Made by a program: the position numbers and the translations under genes. Below the pieces are notes generated by a model that was not told where the DNA came from, searched no databases, and saw only the letters and a list, made by a program, of their open reading frames with translations. Below are positions 39,001 to 44,267 of a stretch of 64,000 nucleotides of DNA, one piece after another. This DNA is from Thermoplasmata archaeon (GTDB taxonomy: Archaea > Thermoplasmatota > E2 > DHVEG-1). The stretch's first letter is position 1, and each line of letters starts with the position of its first letter. The stretch lies in contig DQIQ01000001.1 of assembly GCA_003942085.1 (NCBI GenBank), positions 24,950 through 88,949 of the forward strand. Reading direction: 5' to 3'.

Positions 39001-39645
39001 AAGGATGATTACTCAACCACGGATTTCGGTATCACCATTCAGAACGGACAGCCGACCTACCCGCATAATCCCTTACAAACAACCGATTACAATAAAAACT
39101 ATTATTCAGGGAACGGAGAAGCGTTGAATACATCAATGTTTACAAGCGGATACAACGCTATTAAAATGAACAACCTCAGCTGGATCAATACGACAGGAAC
39201 CACCAAACTATGTCTGCGGAGCAGCAGGGACATCAGTGGGACGACGCCGACCGGGAACGAATATGTAAACGTGTATTCAAACGAATTTCTAGGTAGTTGT
39301 CCACCAAAATTGGTCATCGTGTATCGGAACCAATCGAAGATCAAGAACACTGGATCGACGAACATCAACGGATACCTTCTCATACAAGTCCAGTTCTACA
39401 ACACCTCACAAAGCAAATGGATAGTAGACAACGATACCATCAACGAGACCTCACCACGGACCATCAACAGCGGCAATCAACTCGCACTCGACACCATCTT
39501 CAACGGGCATGTCCGAGCATCAGATCTGACCCATGGAACAGGAACCTATCGAGTCTACACCGCATTCAGAGATCCAGACGGAAATATCCTGAAAACAAAC
39601 ACCGGGGTTGAGTTGAAAGCCTGGTGGCAGTTCAGCAAAACGTAA
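33037..39645 (+). CDS. Giant (2202 aa) multidomain surface protein with a PA/M28-peptidase-like N-terminal region, two or more PKD domains, a LamG (concanavalin-like) domain, several Ig-like domains and an LPSN/DNRLRE-like module.
   Basis: The signal peptide is followed by GQTPGDSGVGGAILLGIAKYF...FLFTTGEEYGMRGAQHY (M28 metal-site pattern). PKD domains include HSYQWMF...YQFEETGDYTVSLNVIDNDG and WTWDFDDGT...HVFMESGTYNVSLTVTDN. The LamG region is GYWPMDSYND...FDG.DHYVDVG....DFTFMTW...WHHIAYV...YVDG...FDGMLDEPQLYNRVLS. The LPSN module reads FFNTSALPSNAYLDTATLALY. NxS/T sequons occur throughout. It is the only long plus-strand ORF in the island. Confidence 0.8.
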   Translation: MRGKKIVAFLVCALMIASGIMLMPKNTDVRADAYQHPSGENEIGLNTTYVWEMVKRFCNVTRDTDWSHENNIPKGRSWATAGENYTIDNILKYQWENFTNPAFEFQKLLIGPINGSTRLYSNKIVIQNFGLTTENPSVTIPISEMFPIGIGVRPDNDLNKTFGFNNSRIEKVELFARDFLGGSYFPDHLNVPTQFLNDYKLVYGSPIYLDENDEVPENQDGFVFIMNETEDCEDKLDNITDASACILIKGNSFYNYEQADEKQFSIFRVDETNDNLSEVVSEIENGSVFFVDNIYDSDMLVFTNLSNDTCIPEGDDFVGVVQRTAPSDPQSFEPRPFLEYVFGNVNGYYYDYLRLVIFNNLWYIYHNRRDEDYSKGCVGLILSDYSNTTHFMTHTEKGWGWFSGAFSDRWWLPMFSVNKSVGKFLLDNINTVSVNGSIEQEYRCQTTTEPGVISNNFIGYLDVTQNRSDPYVILSNRIDGWWGQTPGDSGVGGAILLGIAKYFNDYNIKPNSNLRFLFTTGEEYGMRGAQHYNDSHANDTITRWIGFDQLGFYYTTSDDTINLTVNVLDNTSKAIIKTIANDTHYVDRTGYGIGVDIPDDYGSEDKVFSTRKDPFCNTTCFGRDNSSRWDDYHRSGENYSEGDSLNHTDRNDVNVTFELAWNVIKYCTVNPDCWFNEPATYTIEDSPYDTDTYNDSINVTVSVKSVLPNDKVRVNATLKSWPSNDTVFWKNYDFNVTSETTQKTFTVTLPPNSTGATSGNYTLSLALLNSTGRINDIALNTREYNDTGTQTGHVYLCPRGNSLPYKPNDITGPFTVQILHPANFTTSATDTNQDQLQYQWDWNVLLGDLFETTEVGPYDSDDNCTTEHTYYGWGPRVIQVRARDDYGYLFDGTPLGWNRYGNWSDDTWSEPFLIYVSFFTDFSMSCTSLSSAVNAQSTTELPSIQQINSTYDALIFGGNEPHSYQWMFNHERYAEKQKTVYYQFEETGDYTVSLNVIDNDGYSEEFSVNVSVVNLSASFNLSVPSPYANPDEEIDFTDTSAAASGYQMTNWTWDFDDGTCSYNRNATHVFMESGTYNVSLTVTDNQTHTDITSQCILVTIDETPPQIQQVADEISVDDRWLVVSLAGYFVDSESGIKNASVNITYPDGSHGNFTMMHVFNTIYGYVFNDTEAPGQYNYTVWVTDYENNTNSATGYSFTIPTPPVLLYATTTPANSTVSNDPWTDVNVTILDPLNTSAFIDWDHSLKGYWPMDSYNDTGVYDNSTYDNFGTFQSGLNNRNIIPGKYGKGLEFDGIDHYVDVGTSNSLDLGSGDFTFMTWEKSHVSSYSKKAMILTNSPAGESWKGYGFGVANHAYLFVSQSSGNNVTVQGTTDVTDNTWHHIAYVNHEGDYSIYVDGAFDANGMLTSEKNITNTQHTYLAYDGHTSNWCFFDGMLDEPQLYNRVLSREEINASYNNGLNHLYHNFTGLPDGTYSYYAHAIDTSGNQSTTETRQVTIDTTPPTIINVNASPHTVGFGYNITISADVIDNYSGVDLVNIQITYPGGIGNSSNHTMTHVTNDTYQYVFNDTWLTGQYNLTIWAVDNSNNSNSSGGHHFHVSVTATISIATLKNSYSGSQYINITDPPNPPEDYTLVGRGLTWNTYYNVSSGENILETYQGPVNYQEDNNTWNPINVSLKQLTIDNPAYNYGYQTGNDRGLFGVYFKPNIQSDWPVAFTYNRSNNPTTNVIRSKLVGVGYIDPQSNWAYQYLQNVQSSQGQTNDNSITYSNVFTGTDVTWSYGNTELKEEITLSNATKTVLQNHPPSQYGLNNQSSYLVFITKLDHQNLGMYNASGMLTGNVTISNAGVDFKDALGHFKCALPLGEAYELNNESMRQKLTYRIVHLNGNTYLLSGLKVSDLNAMTFPVVIDPTLTVYSTSSDGYISNSGTNYNTVRTASSGTVNSSGTYITIGQKKGPGQPATYYIYRGFVFFNTSALPSNAYLDTATLALYKKDDYSTTDFGITIQNGQPTYPHNPLQTTDYNKNYYSGNGEALNTSMFTSGYNAIKMNNLSWINTTGTTKLCLRSSRDISGTTPTGNEYVNVYSNEFLGSCPPKLVIVYRNQSKIKNTGSTNINGYLLIQVQFYNTSQSKWIVDNDTINETSPRTINSGNQLALDTIFNGHVRASDLTHGTGTYRVYTAFRDPDGNILKTNTGVELKAWWQFSKT

Positions 39646-39712
39646 CGAAGTAATTCTCAGCGATTATAAACAACGGAAGTCAGGCATATAAACCCCGCCT
39701 GATTTTCCTCAA

Positions 39713-39720
39713 TTTTTTTT
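39713..39720 (+). terminator. Oligo-T (T8) archaeal-type terminator after the giant gene.
   Basis: cctcaatttttttttag lies about 70 nt after the stop. Confidence 0.3.
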
Positions 39721-39767
39721 AGTTATTGATTAATAGACTTTATTGTGCAAAACAAACTAGTAAATTA

Positions 39768-39853
39768 GTGCAGGGGAAGGGATTTGAACCCCCGAACCTC
39801 TGCAGGAACAGATCTTGAGTCTGTCGCCGTAGACCAGGCTTGGCTACCCCTGC
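39768..39853 (-). tRNA. tRNA-Leu, anticodon CAA, with a long variable arm and no encoded CCA.
   Basis: The reverse strand reads GCAGGGGTAGCCAAGCCTGGTCTACGGCGACAGACTCAAGATCTGTTCCTGCAGAGGTTCGGGGGTTCAAATCCCTTCCCCTGCAC. The 7-bp acceptor stem is GCAGGGG/CCCCTGC, the anticodon loop CTCAAGA, the T-loop TTCAAAT and the variable arm 14 nt. It was folded by hand. Confidence 0.8.
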
Positions 39854-39874
39854 ACAAGAAACACAAGAACAGTT

Positions 39875-39900
39875 CATTCATAATAAATATTTAGGTTGAA
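39875..39900 (-). promoter_or_regulatory. Candidate TATA box / BRE for the tRNA-Leu gene.
   Basis: The reverse-strand aaatatttattatg sits about 25-35 nt upstream of the tRNA 5' end. Confidence 0.25.
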
Positions 39901-40004
39901 TCACGCTTGATGACAAGACAACATATCGCAGGACTCCAAACATTTTTTTTCCCGGAATGTTTTATATGGTAGACATGATTTCAGTATAGCAGAAAGGTGG
40001 CAGA

Positions 40005-41018
40005 ATGTCGATGAGCCAGAAAAAATATATTGGAGTACTGACCAGCGGTGGTGATGCCCCTGGGATGAATGCAGCGATACGCGCAGTCGTACGGACCGGG
40101 ATTTATCATGGTAACACGCTGTTTGGGATCAACCGCGGGTATCAAGGAATGATCGAAGGTGACATTGAGCAGCTGAACCGCTATTCCGTCAGTAACATAA
40201 TCAAAGACGGCGGAACATGTCTGCAGACCGCACGAAGCAGCGAGTTTCTCACCAAAGAAGGCCGGGAAAAAGCATTCAAAAACATCAAACGCTTTGGCAT
40301 CGACAGCATCGTCGTCATAGGAGGAGACGGCTCGTTTCGCGGACTTCATCAACTCATCCAAGAGTTCCCCATACAGGGAATAGGAATACCAGGGACGATT
40401 GATAACGATCTCTATGGAACTGACTTTACCATTGGTTTTGACACTGCGGTCAACACCGCACTTGAGGCAATCGATAAGATACGGGACACCGCCTCATCAC
40501 ACTCACGACTCTTCATTATCGAGGTCATGGGACGGACATCAGGGTACATCGCATTGTACACCGGTATCGGTGGCGGTGCTGAAGACATTCTTATCCCCGA
40601 GGCTCCCATGGAGATACAGAAACTCACAGAAAAACTGAACGCCCAGCACAAAGCAGGGAAAAAAAGCAGCATCATTGTCATCGCAGAAGGAGAAACAGCA
40701 GGCGGGGCACTGGAGATAAAAACAGCAATAGAAAAAATAATTGACTGGGACATCAAGATAAGCGTGCTTGGTCATGTACAACGAGGAGGAGACCCCTCTG
40801 CGTTTGACCGGGTGCTTGCCAGCAGGTTAGGATACGAATCAGTCCTTGCAGTCATGAACAACGAAAACGATAAGATGGTCGGTATGGCCAATAACAAAGC
40901 AACGCTCACGCCACTCGAAGAGACATGGACGAAGAAAAAAGACATGGACATGACCTATCTGAAAATGAACGAAATCTTAGCAGCCCAACAGGAAAAATCG
41001 GTCGAAGTTGTCGCATAA
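40005..41018 (+). CDS. pfkA: ATP-dependent 6-phosphofructokinase (PfkA type).
   Basis: IGVLTSGGDAPGMNAAIRAVV, VVIGGDGSFRG and GTIDND are PfkA signatures. The 39981-40361 minus ORF is an antisense artefact. Confidence 0.85.
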   Translation: MSMSQKKYIGVLTSGGDAPGMNAAIRAVVRTGIYHGNTLFGINRGYQGMIEGDIEQLNRYSVSNIIKDGGTCLQTARSSEFLTKEGREKAFKNIKRFGIDSIVVIGGDGSFRGLHQLIQEFPIQGIGIPGTIDNDLYGTDFTIGFDTAVNTALEAIDKIRDTASSHSRLFIIEVMGRTSGYIALYTGIGGGAEDILIPEAPMEIQKLTEKLNAQHKAGKKSSIIVIAEGETAGGALEIKTAIEKIIDWDIKISVLGHVQRGGDPSAFDRVLASRLGYESVLAVMNNENDKMVGMANNKATLTPLEETWTKKKDMDMTYLKMNEILAAQQEKSVEVVA

Positions 41019-41057
41019 AGGACATAGAGCGATTTTCTGTTCATTGAAAACGAATCA

Positions 41058-41813
41058 TCACAACGAAGCGACAATCCTGTTTTCAAGACTCTGTAGGCTC
41101 TTTTTGTAGTCGTTCACATACTCAAACGAAAAATCATACACGACATCTTTGAGGATCAGCGGCTCAGGTGCTGCCATCTGAAAATCAACTTTTGCTTCAG
41201 GGTTTTCTAACGCAGTACGAATCTGTTCATTGGACAAGACCCCTTTCCCTCGTTTTTCAAGAGCGGATACGATCCGACGAATCTGATTCCACAGATATGT
41301 CTGCGCATAAAAATCAAGGACTAAAAAACCTTTTTTTTCAGACAGAACAATATTGTCAATGGTCCGAACCGGGTCTTTCAACGACTCAACCCGTGCGAAA
41401 TTCTGAAAGTTATGCTCACCGGTAAACAACCCAGCAGCAGACAATACCGCATCAACATCAAGACCGGTACTCCGAAGATAATACCGGTACTCCCGCCTTT
41501 TCGCATGACGAGGATAAAAGCCACAATCTACCGTTTTAATTCCATAGATGAAAACATCTGATGTTCCCTTTGCCAGCTTTGTAATAATCTCATCTTTGGA
41601 AAGGGTCGTATCAAACGCACACACATTACCCAAAGCAGAAACCCCCCGATCAGTACGACTCGCGGTACGAAAACAAGAGATCCGTGCGTCATCAAAAATT
41701 CCTTGTTTTATCAGCAGATCCAAAAGCGTTTGTTCAATGGTTTGTTGACCAGGTTGTCGCGCGTACCCAGAAAAATGTTTCCCGTCATAGGCGAACTTCA
41801 CCGCAAATCGCAT
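41058..41813 (-). CDS. truA: tRNA pseudouridine synthase A. The start is taken at MRFAVKFAYDG.
   Basis: FAYDGKHFSGYARQPG...RTDRGVSALGNVCAFDT contains the catalytic Asp region. Confidence 0.75.
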   Translation of the reverse strand: MRFAVKFAYDGKHFSGYARQPGQQTIEQTLLDLLIKQGIFDDARISCFRTASRTDRGVSALGNVCAFDTTLSKDEIITKLAKGTSDVFIYGIKTVDCGFYPRHAKRREYRYYLRSTGLDVDAVLSAAGLFTGEHNFQNFARVESLKDPVRTIDNIVLSEKKGFLVLDFYAQTYLWNQIRRIVSALEKRGKGVLSNEQIRTALENPEAKVDFQMAAPEPLILKDVVYDFSFEYVNDYKKSLQSLENRIVASL

Positions 41814-41854
41814 ACAAACACCACAAGACGTTCTTCCATAAAAACCGTTCTGAT

Positions 41855-42886
41855 TCACTTTTCAGGGAATAAAAAAAGATAACCATCGAGTTTTACGGTT
41901 TTTACCATCGCGGTATCAACAGAAGCGTCCTTTGGTTTGTGAATCTCAACAGTAGCATAAGATTTCGAATCCATCAGCTGAATTTCGTTTTTCGACTGAC
42001 TCACCACGATCATTTCCTTGACCATCTCAAGGCCACCAAAAATCCTTGAAGGCAGGACATCCTTTCCCTCGATGACTTTTTCCGCCCAGCTGGACAGATC
42101 AATGGCACGGACCTTGTTTGCATGAAGAGAGATAAGATAGTAGTACACGCTATCAAATACAAAGAAATCCCCTTTACGATACGCCGGAATGCGCACAAGA
42201 TAGGTCATCCGGTACACCTGTCTGCTGTCTTTCATTCCTGCTGATGATGCTGATTGTTTGAAGTCCCCACCGAACTGCTCCTGGACCTTTTTGGCAATCG
42301 ACAGTGCAGTTCCTTTTTCACTGAGGAAAAAATCAAGACCCTCGCGTTTTACGTCGATGTCCGTGATGAACAACCCTCGTTTGCCACTCTCTTGAAATTG
42401 CCCGACCATTTTTTCAACAGCAGATCGAAGGGTTTTTAGCTCCACGTCGGTAAATGTCCGATGCTCGGATCGAATCTGTAAAATCGCCTCGTAGTACCCA
42501 CCTGCTTCCCGTGAACATATCTCACAGGTGTTATGTCTGATGCGGACGGTGAGCGGATGTTGTTCAGTAATGGTGTAACCCTCGAGGGATCCGGAGATGA
42601 ACACCATGCAGGTAATGACTCTATCCTTTTCGTTGCACCGGGTTTGAATCGTAACACCTTTGAGTTCAGGGCTGATAGAAAACGCATCTTTAATGTGTCG
42701 TTTCAGGATGTCATCAAAAGGCTCTGCAACCCAGGTGTTCTTGTATTTATATGAGGAACAACGCGGGCAGAGCATGACATCAAGGATTGGTGGTCCTTTA
42801 GAAAACTGCGTGTGTTTCAGATAGCAGTTCATGCAGACGCCGTTTCGAAAGATCGATTCGTCTTTACCGCATTCAACGCAAAACAT
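41855..42886 (-). CDS. NMD3-family protein (archaeal large-subunit-associated zinc-ribbon protein).
   Basis: Two N-terminal C4 clusters (MFCVECG...CMNCY and CPRCSSYKY) and the length match the NMD3 family. Confidence 0.6.
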   Translation of the reverse strand: MFCVECGKDESIFRNGVCMNCYLKHTQFSKGPPILDVMLCPRCSSYKYKNTWVAEPFDDILKRHIKDAFSISPELKGVTIQTRCNEKDRVITCMVFISGSLEGYTITEQHPLTVRIRHNTCEICSREAGGYYEAILQIRSEHRTFTDVELKTLRSAVEKMVGQFQESGKRGLFITDIDVKREGLDFFLSEKGTALSIAKKVQEQFGGDFKQSASSAGMKDSRQVYRMTYLVRIPAYRKGDFFVFDSVYYYLISLHANKVRAIDLSSWAEKVIEGKDVLPSRIFGGLEMVKEMIVVSQSKNEIQLMDSKSYATVEIHKPKDASVDTAMVKTVKLDGYLFLFPEK

Positions 42887-42904
42887 GCTTGTGTTCCATT
42901 CCTG

Positions 42905-43789
42905 TTAGGTTCTTTGGGTGAGATATACGCCATAGATTATTAATGCTGCGCCCAGAAGGAAAAACCATGTCAGTGGTGTACCGAGGAAAAACGACATCAG
43001 GATCGTAAAGAGTGGAATGAAATTCAAAAAGACCGCTGCTTTGCTGGCGTCGATGTGCTTCAACGCATAGTACCACCCGAGATACCCGAAGAGAGAACAG
43101 GTAAGAGCCAGATACAGGACCGCAAGCCATCCATTCAATGATGTCTGTTGAAGGATCGAGCCAAGATGCATAAGAACAAAGGGGATGTAAAAAAGCGTAC
43201 CAAAACCAAACGCATAGGTGGTAATCACAAACTCATCATAGGTTTTCAACAGCCGTTTCCCGACAAAAGAATAGAGTGCCCAGCAGAACGCAGACAGCAA
43301 CATCAGGATTCCGCCGATGAAAAAAAGGTTATCAAAGGTCAGTGCTTGTTTTGAGATATCGGAAAACATGATGACGAAAACCCCGACAAACGAAAGAACG
43401 ATCCCTGCAATCCTTTTTCTTGTCAGAGTCTCATGCAGGAATAAGCCAGAGAGGATCGCGATGAAAATCACGTTGGTGTTGATGAGCACCGAAGCGGTCG
43501 GAGCATTCGTGTAATGGATGCCAAGGAACTGGAACAGATACAAAAGGGTGACACCGGTCAGCCCCAGGACGACTAGCCAGGGGAGCTCTTTTTTTGGAAG
43601 CAGTAAAGGTTTTCTTCGCAGGACCACAAGAAGGATCATCAAGGGGGTTGCAATAAGAAACCGCAGAAACCCCAGATCAATCGGGTCCATCTCCTTTGTG
43701 GTGATATCGACGACAATAAACGACCCTGCCCAGACGAAAGCAACAAGAAGAAGGATGAATCCGATAAGGAGATTCCTGTTCATGAGCAC
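42905..43789 (-). CDS. EamA/DMT-family transporter.
   Basis: Ten predicted TM helices in two repeated halves. Confidence 0.7.
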   Translation of the reverse strand: MLMNRNLLIGFILLLVAFVWAGSFIVVDITTKEMDPIDLGFLRFLIATPLMILLVVLRRKPLLLPKKELPWLVVLGLTGVTLLYLFQFLGIHYTNAPTASVLINTNVIFIAILSGLFLHETLTRKRIAGIVLSFVGVFVIMFSDISKQALTFDNLFFIGGILMLLSAFCWALYSFVGKRLLKTYDEFVITTYAFGFGTLFYIPFVLMHLGSILQQTSLNGWLAVLYLALTCSLFGYLGWYYALKHIDASKAAVFLNFIPLFTILMSFFLGTPLTWFFLLGAALIIYGVYLTQRT

Positions 43790-44267
43790 CGATAAACAGA
43801 AACGGTGTTATAAAACGATATCCCCTGTGATTTTTCGACAAGAAAAAACTTTAAAATACTTCCGTTCAGGATACAACAGATCCTTGATTTGTATAGAGGA
43901 ACGGAACGTGTATCCTTCCTCGTTCTACGACCAGGTTAGTAGTGGTTTATTCGGTTTCGGTAAGAGGTGTACAGGACTAGGGTACGAAGTGTACAACAAG
44001 ACGCTTTAAAGAAAACAGACAAAATAGGAATCGAGGAGTGATAAAAAATGATGATTGTTGGTCAAGTATCAAGCCCCGAGGAAGCAACCGAAGTAGAATT
44101 TATTGCAAAATCTTTTGTCGTCGCGAACCGCGCACGAGCCCTTGCCTTACAACTACGAGAGGTGTAAGAAGATGGAGAAAAAGACAAAGGTGAAGAAATC
44201 CGTCCCCACTGACATCCCGATTTTCTGGGTAAATATCGTAGCTACTGACGCGGACAGTGCGTAAGAT

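Noticed and set aside
33351-39383. About fifteen minus-strand and frame-shifted ORFs of 60-150 aa inside the 33037-39645 span.
   Set aside because: They are all nested within the single continuous 2202-codon plus-strand ORF, which has coherent domain content. Most arise from the GC-rich codon-biased stretch.
24435-39853. Searched for an integrase or recombinase ORF, including split SSV-type Int(N)/Int(C), to go with the att repeats.
   Set aside because: No ORF on either strand shows the R...HxxR...Y tyrosine-recombinase pattern or a serine-recombinase N-terminal domain. The island is reported as integrase-less.
39981-40361. 126-aa minus-strand ORF.
   Set aside because: It is completely antisense to the 5' end of the well-conserved pfkA gene and has no motif of its own.
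43518-44009. 163-aa plus-strand ORF rich in Arg/Ser/Thr.
   Set aside because: It overlaps, antisense, the 5' half of the EamA transporter gene and has a low-complexity composition.
44040-44250. Two tiny tandem ORFs (39 and 30 aa) in the gap before the Pat-like gene.
   Set aside because: They are too short, lack any motif, and were only hand-translated. They could be leader peptides but there is no supporting signal.
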